From positions 1 through 19,425 of the forward strand of contig CAWKBC010000037.1 in assembly GCA_963847705.1 (NCBI GenBank): a DNA stretch of 19,425 bases, written 5' to 3'. Positions within the stretch are counted from its first letter, which is position 1; each line of letters starts with the position of its first letter. Under the pieces are notes generated by a model. It saw only the letters and a list, made by a program, of their open reading frames with translations. It searched no databases and had not been told where the DNA came from. Position numbers and translations under genes: made by a program. Source of the stretch: an uncultured Pseudomonadota bacterium (GTDB lineage Bacteria; Myxococcota_A; Polyangia; Fen-1088). This document shows, in pieces, positions 6,998-17,200 of the stretch.

Positions 6998-8671
6998 TCA
7001 AAGTGCTACGGCGAGCCGGAACAGGAACTCCTGCTCCCACGGGCTCGTCAATGCGCTGAGGGTGGCGTTGGCGTCGCTCCCCTGGCCGAAGTGATTGACG
7101 ACGTAGTTGAACGTCGCGCGGAAGCGTTTCGAGTGCCAGTAGTTGACCCCCAGCTCCCCCGAGTCGACGATCGTCTTTCCCAGCGCGGGCGAGTCCGGAA
7201 CGATGGTGGTGGCGGTCGGCGTGCTGGTGACGTTCTCGTCGAGGTGCTCGTAGCGCGCGGCGATCATCAGGCCGTTCTGGATCGGGCGCACGCCGAACTT
7301 CTTGTAGCGGAGGAACGGCTCCAGCCCCTGCTGATCGCCGATGATCCGATCGTCGCCCATCAACCAGTACCAGGCCTCACCATAGAAGGAATAGCCCTTG
7401 AGGTCGGCGGCCCGGACGATCGTGCCCGCGCCGCTGCTGGCGATGGTCTCCTCCGACAGCGGGCTGTGCCGCCAGACGAACTCCCCGCGCACGCCGTACT
7501 TGTGGTCGATGGGGGCGTTGATCTCGCCGGCCGCGGCGTTCATCCGCCCGACCTGCCGCATCTGCATCGCGGTGTTGGCGGTGCCGTTGTAGGTGCTGGT
7601 GAACTGACCGAAGTTGAGAAAGGTGAACCCGGCCTGCGTCGTCTGCGAGGTCGGCGCCAGCGTGTTCGCCCGATCTCCGGTCCAGAGCGAGCCGCCGATC
7701 TCCACGTCGTGCAGCGGCCCGAGGCCGGAGAAGGAGAACGGGGCCACCCAGGCCCGGCCCATCACGTCGAATTCTCGGTCGGCGTTCTTGAAGTTCTGCC
7801 CGTCACCGTTCACCACGGCGACCGAGTAGTAATAGTTCCGGTCGTCGTTGAACCCGTGCAGCATCGCCCCCATCTCCTTGTTGTCGGGGATGCCGAAGGC
7901 GCGCACGGTGATCGAGCGCTCCATGAAGTCGAAGTACTTGTCCGAGGTCCGGTTCTCCAGCGTGAACGGGGCGTCGAACTGACCGACCTGCAAGATCGCC
8001 AGATTGTTCCAGGGGGCGAGCGCCACGAAGTCGTCGGTGGTGGCGAGGTTCGACTGGGCGACCGGCGCGGCCGGCGCGGGCGGACCGAGCGCGAAGTCTC
8101 CGGCCAGCCAGAAGTAGACGAAGGATCCGACCCACCCGCCGAGCTCGAGCCGCGCGCGGCGGAGCAGGAAGGTGTTGTTGGGGATCTTGGCCTTGTTCTT
8201 GTCGCCCGAGTAACGGAAGAGATAGGTGTCGACCTGCAGGCGGCCGTTCGGAAAGAGAATGAAGTCGTTGTCGGGCGAGCGCAGGAAGGCGTTCCCGTCG
8301 CTGAAACCCGCCAGCGGCTCCGCGGAGACCGGCACCACCAGCGCGGGGACGACCGGCGCTTCTAGTGGTGCGACGGGAGGCGCGACCTCCGTGGGCGACG
8401 GAGCAGGCACCGGCGCGGGGGCCGCTGGCGCTGGCGGAACAGGCAGGGCCGGAACCGGCTCCGATTCGGGCGGCAGCCCGGGCGGTGGCGCCGCCGGCGG
8501 CGCCGCGCCTGGGGTCGGATTCGGCGGCTGATTCGAGATATCGGTCGGCGGCAAGGTCGAGGTCTGCGCGCGCCCGACGATCGGCGCGACCAGCAGCAAG
8601 GCAAATACTGATGCGGAGAGTGTCCGACCGAGCAGCGGTCGTCGAAGCGCGGTCGAGCTGGGAGCGTTCAT
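6998..8671 (-). CDS. Phosphate-selective porin OprO/OprP family
   Basis: Signal peptide and Pro/Ala-rich linker, then FLRSPD..., GRLQVD, FLLRRARLELGG, VGQFDAPFTLE..TSD...FMERS, ARYEHLD, LGVNYW motifs typical of Porin_O_P. Co-oriented directly upstream of pstS. Confidence 0.85.
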   Translation of the reverse strand: MNAPSSTALRRPLLGRTLSASVFALLLVAPIVGRAQTSTLPPTDISNQPPNPTPGAAPPAAPPPGLPPESEPVPALPVPPAPAAPAPVPAPSPTEVAPPVAPLEAPVVPALVVPVSAEPLAGFSDGNAFLRSPDNDFILFPNGRLQVDTYLFRYSGDKNKAKIPNNTFLLRRARLELGGWVGSFVYFWLAGDFALGPPAPAAPVAQSNLATTDDFVALAPWNNLAILQVGQFDAPFTLENRTSDKYFDFMERSITVRAFGIPDNKEMGAMLHGFNDDRNYYYSVAVVNGDGQNFKNADREFDVMGRAWVAPFSFSGLGPLHDVEIGGSLWTGDRANTLAPTSQTTQAGFTFLNFGQFTSTYNGTANTAMQMRQVGRMNAAAGEINAPIDHKYGVRGEFVWRHSPLSEETIASSGAGTIVRAADLKGYSFYGEAWYWLMGDDRIIGDQQGLEPFLRYKKFGVRPIQNGLMIAARYEHLDENVTSTPTATTIVPDSPALGKTIVDSGELGVNYWHSKRFRATFNYVVNHFGQGSDANATLSALTSPWEQEFLFRLAVAL

Positions 8672-8689
8672 TGGCTCTTTCTGCCGGGC

Positions 8690-8732
8690 ATCGTGCCCGG
8701 CGCGGGTGACATGACTGTGACGGCGTCGAAAC
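8690..8732 (-). promoter_or_regulatory. Pho-box promoter for porin-pstS
   Basis: Minus strand reads GTTTC-gacgcc-GTCAC-agtcat-GTCAC-N10-CACGAT: 11-bp period and a 10-nt spacer to a -10-like hexamer. Confidence 0.75.
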
Positions 8733-8780
8733 GTTTCCGGGCCGTCATCGTCCTGGTGGCGAGATGAAACCTCGACGACG

Positions 8781-8829
8781 GTTTCGGCGGTGTAACGCGG
8801 TTGTCACAATCGCGGCACCTGTTCGTCAA
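8781..8829 (+). promoter_or_regulatory. Pho-box array upstream of pstC
   Basis: Five pentamers in exact 11-bp phase: GTTTC(8781), GTAAC(8792), GTCAC(8803), GGCAC(8814), GTCAA(8825). Confidence 0.75.
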
Positions 8830-8879
8830 CGGTCGATGCTTTCATCCAGAGGGTGACGACACCCGAGGGCGCTCTTGCG

Positions 8880-9887
8880 ATGGCCCAACAAAAGCGACGC
8901 AGCAGCGCCAAGATCAGTGTTCCCCCGATTCGACCGCCCAAGCTGACCCTTGCACCGGCGCCGCTCTGGCATCGCGCGGCCGAATGGACGCTGCGCTGCC
9001 TGGCTGTCTCGGCCGTGGTGGCGATCGTCCTCATCCTGGTGTTCATCGCCAAGGAGGCGGCTCCGATCTTCTACAGCGCGGCGGTGCGGGCCGAGGTGAC
9101 GCTGGCGAAGATGTTCGCGCCCCAGCTCTGGCCCGGCTACGACGAGTCGGCGTCGATCTGGCAACCGGTCTCCGAGATCCCGAAGTTCGGGATCTGGCCG
9201 CTCATCGTGGGGACGCTGAAGGTCACCTTGGTCGCGATGGTGGTCTCGGTGCCGCTCGGCGTGGGCGCGGCGCTCTACGTCTCGCAGTACGCGCGCCCGC
9301 GGACGCGCGAGATCATCAAGCCGGTCGTCGAGCTGCTGGCCGGAATCCCCTCGGTGGTGCTCGGCTTCTTTGCGCTGATGGTCATGGCGACCTGGTTCCA
9401 GGACCTCTTCCACCTCGAGTCGCGGCTCAACGCGCTGGTCTCCGGCGTCGCCCTGTCGTTCGCGGTCATCCCGGTGATCTTCACCCTGGCCGAGGAGGCG
9501 CTGCGCGCCGTCCCGCGCAGCTACGTGGAGGCCTCGACGGCGCTCGGCGCGGCCCGCTGGCAGACGACGCTGCTGGTCGTGCTCCCGGCGGCCAGCCCCG
9601 GCATCGCCGCCGGTGTGGCGCTGGGCCTCGGTCGGGCGGTCGGCGAGACGATGATCGTCCTCATGGCCTCAGGCAACGCCGCCATCGTCTCGGCCAACCT
9701 GGCCGATTCGGCGCGCACCATCGCCGCCACGATCGCCGCCGAGCTGGCCGAGGTGGTGTTCGGCGGTTCGCACTACACGGTCCTCTTCTTCCTGGGGACG
9801 CTCCTCTTCCTGACCACCTTCTGCATCAACACCGTCGGTGACTGGGCGATCCGTCGGATGAAGATTCGCCTGGGAGGAATGGCGTGA
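8880..9887 (+). CDS. pstC: Phosphate ABC transporter permease PstC
   Basis: [30 protein letters not shown] loop (EASTALGA), [19 protein letters not shown] 8880 has GAGGG upstream; GTG 8853 is an alternative start. Confidence 0.95.
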   Translation: MAQQKRRSSAKISVPPIRPPKLTLAPAPLWHRAAEWTLRCLAVSAVVAIVLILVFIAKEAAPIFYSAAVRAEVTLAKMFAPQLWPGYDESASIWQPVSEIPKFGIWPLIVGTLKVTLVAMVVSVPLGVGAALYVSQYARPRTREIIKPVVELLAGIPSVVLGFFALMVMATWFQDLFHLESRLNALVSGVALSFAVIPVIFTLAEEALRAVPRSYVEASTALGAARWQTTLLVVLPAASPGIAAGVALGLGRAVGETMIVLMASGNAAIVSANLADSARTIAATIAAELAEVVFGGSHYTVLFFLGTLLFLTTFCINTVGDWAIRRMKIRLGGMA

Positions 9888-10849
9888 GCGCGGCCGGAGC
9901 TGTGCTCGACAAGTCGGCCCTGGCGCAGCTGGCCGTCCGCCGCACCCGCCGGAACTTGATCGCCGACGGCGCGATGGCGATCGCCTCGGGCGCCGCGCTG
10001 CTCATCGTCCTGACGATTCTGGCGGTGATCTTGTTCGACATCGTCCGCAACGGGACACCGCACCTCTCCTGGGCCTTTCTCTCCGAGGCGCCGCGCGAGG
10101 GAATGACCGCGGGCGGGATCTTCCCGGCCATCATCGGAATGCTGGAGATGGTCATCCTCATGACGCTGGCCGGGGTGCCGGTCGGCGTGGCGACCGCCAT
10201 CTACCTGCACGAGTACTCTTCACCGGTCTCGCCCGTCACGCGGACGATCCGGATCGCGGTGGCGAACCTGGCGGGCGTCCCCTCGATCGTGTTCGGGCTG
10301 TTCGGCCTGGGGTTCTTCGTGCAGTTCCTGGGGGCCGGGATCGACAAGGCGTTCTTTCACGGCGACAAGGTCTACGGCCAACCGGCGCTCATCTGGGCCG
10401 CGCTCACCATGGCGGTGCTGACCCTGCCGGTGGTGATCGTGGCGACCGAGGAGGCGCTGCGGGCCGTGCCGCAGGAGCTGCGCGAGGCGTCGCTGGCGCT
10501 GGGGGCGACCAAGTTCCAGACGGTGATGCACGTGGTGGTGCCGCAGGCAGCCCCCGGGATCCTCACCGGCACCATCCTGGCGGTCAGCCGCGGCGCCGGC
10601 GAGGTGGCGCCCATCCTCTTCACCGGGGCGGCCTACTTTCTTCCGCAGCTCCCCAAGCATCTGTCGTCGCAATTCATGTCGCCGAGCTACCATGTCTACG
10701 TGCTCTCCACGCAGTCACCCGACGTCGACGCGACCAAGCCGATCCTCTACGCGACGGTGCTGGTCCTGCTGGCGCTGACCTTCACGCTCAACATGGCGGC
10801 CGTCATCGTCCGCGCCCGGATCCGGCGCCAGCACGGAGGGGCGGCGTGA
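9884..10849 (+). CDS. pstA: Phosphate ABC transporter permease PstA
   Basis: [58 protein letters not shown] overlap with the pstC stop. Confidence 0.95.
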   Translation: MSAAGAVLDKSALAQLAVRRTRRNLIADGAMAIASGAALLIVLTILAVILFDIVRNGTPHLSWAFLSEAPREGMTAGGIFPAIIGMLEMVILMTLAGVPVGVATAIYLHEYSSPVSPVTRTIRIAVANLAGVPSIVFGLFGLGFFVQFLGAGIDKAFFHGDKVYGQPALIWAALTMAVLTLPVVIVATEEALRAVPQELREASLALGATKFQTVMHVVVPQAAPGILTGTILAVSRGAGEVAPILFTGAAYFLPQLPKHLSSQFMSPSYHVYVLSTQSPDVDATKPILYATVLVLLALTFTLNMAAVIVRARIRRQHGGAA

Positions 10850-11633
10850 GCGCCACCGCCAACGGCGTGGCCAAGCCCGAGCCGCAGCCGAAGCTGGTGG
10901 TCCGCAACCTGACCGTTTTCTACGGCGAGAAGAAGGCGGTCGGCCCGGTGGCGATGGACATCGTCGGACAGCACGTCACGGCGCTGATCGGGCCGTCGGG
11001 CTGCGGCAAGTCGACCTTCCTGCGCTCGCTCAACCGGATGAACGAGCTCATCCCCAGCTGCCGGATCGAGGGTGAGGTCAAGCTGGACGGCGACCCCATC
11101 TATGGGCAGGGGATCGATCCGGTGGCGGTCCGGCGGCGCATCGGGATGGTCTTCCAGCGTTCGAACCCGTTCCCCAAGTCGATCGCGGAGAACGTCGCCT
11201 ACGGCCTGCGCATCGGAGGGATCAGCGACTCCCGCGACATCGACGCCCGCGTCGAGCGGGCCTTGACTCAGGCCGCGCTCTGGGAGGAGGTCAAGGACCG
11301 GCTGCACGAGAGCGCGCTCGGGCTCTCTGGCGGCCAACAGCAGCGCCTCTGTATCGCGCGCGCGCTCGCGGTGGAGCCCGAAGTGCTGCTGATGGACGAG
11401 CCGGCCTCGGCGCTCGATCCGATCGCCACCGCGCACATCGAAGAGCTGATCAACGAGCTGTCCGAGCACTACACCGTCGTCATCGTCACGCACAACATGC
11501 AGCAGGCGGCGCGCGTGGCCGACTACACGGCGTTCTTCTATCTCGGCGAGCTGGTCGAGTTCGATCGTACGGACGTGCTGTTCACGAAACCGAGCGACTC
11601 GAGGACGGAAGACTACATCACGGGCAGATTCGG

Positions 11634-11637
<4 letters not shown>
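10846..11637 (+). CDS. pstB: Phosphate ABC transporter ATP-binding protein PstB
   Basis: Walker [54 protein letters not shown]-terminal [14 protein letters not shown] overlap with pstA. Confidence 0.97.
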
Positions 11638-12347
<710 letters not shown>

Positions 12348-12358
12348 CGCTCGTATCA

Positions 12359-12386
12359 AACCGGCGTCGAAGAACGACAGTCGGTT
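12359..12386 (+). terminator. Hairpin after phoU, probable end of the pstCAB-phoU transcript
   Basis: AACCGGCGTCG-AAGAA-CGAC(A)GTCGGTT, an 11-bp stem with one bulge and one G-U pair. Confidence 0.5.
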
Positions 12387-12406
12387 CGAGATCTGCATCC
12401 CCTGAC

Positions 12407-12421
12407 TGCTACGCTTTTCCG
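12407..12421 (+). promoter_or_regulatory. Extended -10 promoter for a leaderless dioxygenase transcript
   Basis: TG-c-TACGCT (12407-12415), 6 nt, then GTG at 12422. No SD. Confidence 0.55.
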
Positions 12422-13180
12422 GTGCGGCTCGATGAGACCCAGCGGCGCGCTCTTCTCGAGGACGGCTACCTGCTGGTGCCGGGGATGGTCGCGCGCGACC
12501 GGGTCGACGCGGCGCTGAAGGCGATCAACCACTCGCTCGGCGAGGAGGGGATCGCCAAGGACCAGATCTGGACGCTGCGGGCGCAGACCTTCTGTCCCGA
12601 GGTGGCCGCGGCGCCGGAGATCCTCGACCTCTACCGGGCGACGCCGCTCACCGATCTGGTCGAGGCGGCGCTCGGCGCGGACAACGTCGTCGCGCCCGCG
12701 ACCGGGCAGATCGCGCTGAGGTTCCCGCAACGGATCGCCCAGCCCAAGGTCCCCCACCCGCACATCGACGGCATGCCCGGGCCGCTCAACGGCGTGGAGG
12801 CGGGCACGCTCTACCATTTCACGGCCCTGGCGGCGGTGTTCCTCAGCGACACGACCGCGCCGTTTCAGGGCAACTTCACGGTCTGGCCAGGGTCGCACCG
12901 GGCGCTCGAGGCGTACTTCCGCGCCCACGGCACGGGCGAGCTCGTCCGCGGCTTCCCGCCGATCGAGATGGCGCCGCCGCGCCAGCTGACCGCGCGGGCG
13001 GGCGACGTGCTGCTGGCGCACTACCAGCTGGCGCACAACGGCGCGCCCAACGTGGGCCCCCACGTCCGCTACGCCGTCTTCTTCCGCCTGGCCCACCGCG
13101 CGCACAATCCGACCTCGACCGCGACGCTCACCGACCTGTGGCGCGAATGGGACGGGGTGCGCGCCCCGCCCTCGCCGTGA
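12422..13180 (+). CDS. Phytanoyl-CoA dioxygenase (PhyH)-family Fe(II)/2-oxoglutarate oxygenase (252 aa)
   Basis: N-terminal LDETQRRALLEDGYLLVPG, HxD (PHIDG), GNFTVWPGSH, AGDVLLAH..LAH, distal Arg (VRYAVFF). The upstream part of ORF 11972..13180 overlaps phoU and looks spurious. Confidence 0.85.
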   Translation: MRLDETQRRALLEDGYLLVPGMVARDRVDAALKAINHSLGEEGIAKDQIWTLRAQTFCPEVAAAPEILDLYRATPLTDLVEAALGADNVVAPATGQIALRFPQRIAQPKVPHPHIDGMPGPLNGVEAGTLYHFTALAAVFLSDTTAPFQGNFTVWPGSHRALEAYFRAHGTGELVRGFPPIEMAPPRQLTARAGDVLLAHYQLAHNGAPNVGPHVRYAVFFRLAHRAHNPTSTATLTDLWREWDGVRAPPSP

Positions 13181-13196
13181 TAGGTCTGGCACAGAA

Positions 13197-14186
13197 ATGA
13201 AGAAGCGCCTCGTTCGCCTCCTCGCCTGGGCCGTCACCGCCGGCATCTTGTTCCTGCTGTTTCGGAAGATCCCCTTTCACGACGTGGTCGCCGCCGCGCG
13301 CGGCGCTGCCGGCTGGACCGTCCCCGCCGCGTTCTTCTTCGGCTTCGTCATCTACCTCGCCGATTCGTTCGCCATCTGGAAGACGTTCGGTTGGTTTCTT
13401 CTCCCGCGAGGGACTGCGCTCGGCGAAGCCGGGCTTCGTCCAGGCGATCCGCTGCCCTTGAAGGACATCCTGCTCGTGCGCGGCGCGACCTATCTGCTCG
13501 CCGCCATCAACTACAACGTCGGGCAGGGCGCGATCGTCTACTTCGTCCATCGCGTCGCCCGCGTCCCCGTCATTCGGGGCATCGCCACGGTCCTCCTGAT
13601 CATGGGGATCAACGTGCTGGCGCTGCTGTTTCTGGCCACCTTCGGTCTCGCCGCCGCGCCCGACGTTCCGCACGCGGTCAAGGTGATCGTCGCCGTCGCC
13701 TACGCGGGCCTGGCGATCTACGTCGCCGCCGTGATCGCCAAGCCGCGCTGGCTCGCTTCGCGCCCGCTGTTCGACGTGCTGCTGGGCGCCGGCCTCGGCG
13801 GTCACGCGCGCGCGCTGCTGGTCCGTCTACCGCACATCGCGATCCTGTTCGTGTTCCAGATCGTCATGATGCGCGGGTTCGGCGTGGCCGTCCCGATCTT
13901 GCAAGCGATGGCCGCCCTGCCGGTGGTCTACCTGATCGCCGTGCTTCCGATCTCCGTGCAGGGGCTGGGGACCACGCAGGCGACCATGATCTACTTCTTC
14001 GCCCGCTACGCGACGGGGGACAGCCACGCGCAACAGGCGGCTGTGTTGACCGCCAGCCTGGTGGGGCAGGCCGGCACGCTCGCCTTCCAGATCATCCTGG
14101 GGCTGGCCTGCCTGAGGAGCCGCGTCGGCCGCGCCGTGACCGAGGCGGCGGCAGAGTCGCAGGCAGCCCCCAAGCCTTCCGTCTGA
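13197..14186 (+). CDS. Integral membrane protein, lysylphosphatidylglycerol-synthase TM / UPF0104 flippase-like family
   Basis: About 8 hydrophobic segments, N-terminal KKRLVRLLAWAVTAGILFLLF, and LPISVQGLGTTQ (P-x-S/T-x-x-GLG motif of the family). Confidence 0.75.
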   Translation: MKKRLVRLLAWAVTAGILFLLFRKIPFHDVVAAARGAAGWTVPAAFFFGFVIYLADSFAIWKTFGWFLLPRGTALGEAGLRPGDPLPLKDILLVRGATYLLAAINYNVGQGAIVYFVHRVARVPVIRGIATVLLIMGINVLALLFLATFGLAAAPDVPHAVKVIVAVAYAGLAIYVAAVIAKPRWLASRPLFDVLLGAGLGGHARALLVRLPHIAILFVFQIVMMRGFGVAVPILQAMAALPVVYLIAVLPISVQGLGTTQATMIYFFARYATGDSHAQQAAVLTASLVGQAGTLAFQIILGLACLRSRVGRAVTEAAAESQAAPKPSV

Positions 14187-14213
14187 GAGGGCGGTTCGGG
14201 CGCCGCGCGGAGC

Positions 14214-17200
14214 CTAGTCGAGGCCGAGGCGTCGGTTCAGCTTGGAGAGCTCGTCGCCGACCGCGAAGTTGATCAGATCGACGACGGCGGCGCTGGCGCG
14301 CGCAGCGGCCAGCAGCTCCTCGGGCGGCTGCAGGACCGCGGCGGCCAGCCGACGGTCGGCGCGCGCGAGCTGCTCGAACGCACCCAGCACGTCTCCCGAC
14401 GCAGCGACCGCCGCGCGCGTCCCGGTGTAGGCGATGGCGGCGCGCCACCGTTCGCCGTCGAAGACGCCCGCGTCACGGAAACCGAGCGCCGCCTGCTCGA
14501 ACGCGCGCCGGTGCCGGCGCGGCAGCGAGCGGGAGATCTTCTGCGCCACGTCGTTCAGCTGCTCTTCGGGCAGGATGCCGCGCCCGTAGTCGGAGAAGAC
14601 CGTTCGCACGCCGGCCGCCACCAGGAGCCCGAGAATCTTTCCCCGGGATGCGGCCGACCGCATAGGTCCCGGCGCGCAGGTGTCCGAGCTGCCGCCCCAG
14701 CTGCAGGTGGGCCTCCTGCCGCGGCAGCGCGGCGAAGTTCGGCGGCAACAGCAGCGCCGGCGGCGGACCGGCCTCGATCTCGACCTGGGTGGCGATGGCC
14801 CGCGCCTGGAAGACGTCGAAGGTGTCGTCCACGCCAAACAGCGCGGCGACCCGGCTGACCAGCGCCCGCTGCGGATCCTCCGAGCGCGGCGCCAGCCGAT
14901 CCTGCTTGTTGACGCCCCAGTCCTCCAGCGCGAGACCATAGAGGCGCGGCAGAACCTCGGACATCGCCGCCAGGAGGAGAGTCGCCGGGTGTCGCGCATC
15001 CGGATGGCGAATGATCGACTCGAACTCGGCGCCCGAGATCGTTCCGGTCGCCTCGGACGTCCAGCGCTGGCGCGCCTCGCGGACCGCGCGCGCCTCGGCG
15101 GCGTCGGTGAGGCCCAGCGCCGCCAGCGCGGCGGCCACCCGGGCCGCCCGCCGCCGCTCGCCGGCCCGCTCGCAGAGCCGCCGCAGCGCCTGCAGCGACG
15201 CGACCCGCAGCGGCTCGAGCCGCAGGAGCACCAGATGCTCGGCGATCGCCTCGGCGAAACGCTCGGCGGCCTCCAGGACCCGCCCAAGCTCGGTGCGCGC
15301 CTCGACGTCGTTGTCGGCGGTGGCGACCACCACGCGGAGCTCGTCGATGGCGCGCGCGCTCGACCCGAGCGGGCCGCTCCAGAGCGCCGCCAGCCGCAGC
15401 CTCCGCGCGCGGGAGCCAGGCGCGACCTCCAGATAACGCCCCAGCGCCGCCGCCAGCCGGGACGGTTCGCCGAGCTGGACCAGGATCGCGTCGAGCCGGT
15501 CGATGGCCAGATCGTGGTGGGGGTCGAGCGCCAGCGCCTGCTCGAACGCGTCCGCCGCTCCCTCTGGATCCTCGGCGGGCCCGGCCAGGAGCTCGCCCAG
15601 CGTCACCAGGTGACCGACGCGCGCCTCGGGCTCGGACTCCACCGTCGCCAGCCGCCGGAGGACAATCGCCGCCTCGGCGAAGTCGCGCCGTCGGGTGAGC
15701 CCCCGCACGAGGCCCGCCAGCGCCGAGAGCTCGTCGGGCGCGGCCAGGAGAGCGTTGCGATAGGCCTCGACCGCCTGATCGGCGTCCGCCAGCGCGCGCT
15801 CGGCGATGTCGCCGACGCGCACCCAGGCGGCGCTCACCGTGCGCGAATCGGCCGACGCGGCGATGGCGGTCCGGTAGGTGGCGATCGCCTCGGCCGAGCG
15901 TCCGAGCTCCGCCTCCACCTCGGCCAGCCGCAGCAGCACCGGGACCGAGGTGGGGTCGAGCTTCACCGCCTCGGAGAGCACCGCCGCCGCCTCGACCGGA
16001 TCGCGCGCGTAGGTCAGCTCGGCCAAGGCCAGCAAGCGATCGCGCCGCTTGGGGAGAGTCCCGGCGGCGGCGCGGCGGCGCATCACCTGCGCCAGCCGAT
16101 CGTCCTCGCCGCGCGCCCGCAAGATGACTTGAAGAACCTCGAAGTCGGTCTCGGCTTCCGGCTCGATCGCCAGCACCTCTTCCAGGCAACGTCCCGCCAT
16201 CGCGTCGTCGCGCACCTGGTTGGCGTAGAGCCGCGCCGCTTGACGGAAGGCCGACGCCGCCCGCGTCGGTGCCTTGGTGAGCCGAGCCTCGCGGGCGTAG
16301 AGCTCCGCCGCCGCGCGCCCGTCGCCGGTCGCCTCGCGCAGCCGGGCCTGCGCCCGCAACGCCGGCAGGAAGGTGGCGTCGGCCTCCAGGGCGCGCCCGA
16401 AGTCGGCGTCGGAGCCGCTCAGAATCGCCGGCCGCCTGGCGGGCGCTGCCGAGATCCCAGAGCAGCACCGCCCGCGAGAGGCCATCGGTCGCCGACTCGG
16501 CCAGCCGGCGCCGGGAGAGGATCACCCGCGCCGCGTCGCCGGCGCGCGAGGCCGCGCGGCCGAACGCCGACAGCGTCTCGCCGGTCGCACGGGCCTCGAC
16601 GACGTGGTTCCAGAGCGCCAGCACCTCGGGCTGTTGCTGTCCGCCACCGACACGCTCGCGTGCGCGGGCCGCCGCCTGCCAGAGGGCCGCGCGCGTGTCG
16701 TCGTCCTCGATGGCGTCGGCGAGACGCTCCAGGGCCGCCGCGGCGTCTCGATCGCGGCCGAAACGAAAGGCCAGGGCCACCCCGGCGTCGAGCGCCGCCG
16801 CGTCGCCCGGCACCGCCTCCAGCGCGCCGCGCAGGACGCGCATCGCCGAGTCGGGATCGGCGAGCCGCCAGGCGAGATCGAGCTGCAGCCCCAGCTCGCC
16901 GCCTCCGTTCGCCTTTCCATCGGCGAGACGTTTGAGCTGCAGCCCCGCCAGCTCGGACGCCCGACCCACCAGCCGCGAGAGCCGCTCCTCGGCGACCGCC
17001 GTCCGGGCCTCGCCACCGCTGGCGTTGGCCCGCTCGATCGCGGTCAGCGCCTCGCGCCGCCGCCCGAGCTGCCACTCGAGGACCTCCGCCTGCGCCCGGT
17101 AGGCGGCCCCCTTGTCGGCCGGATCGGCCAGCGTCTGCCCCAGGCTTCCCAGCGCGACGGCGAGCTCTTCGCCGCGGCCGAGCCGATCGAGCAGACGCAC

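Noticed and set aside
6972-7040. 23-aa N-terminal extension of PstS in the ORF track
   Set aside because: It overlaps the porin 3' end. ATG 6971 has a strong SD and starts a proper signal peptide.
8630-8671. Twin-arginine (LRRPLL) Tat signal on the porin
   Set aside because: Poor match to S/T-R-R-x-F-L-K, and beta-barrel porins are exported unfolded through Sec.
14637-14644. GGGGAAAG slippery-like run at the second TPR frameshift as a programmed -1 site
   Set aside because: Continuity needs a +1 shift. The -1 frame gives nonsense ending at 14555, and the other junction has no slippery run.
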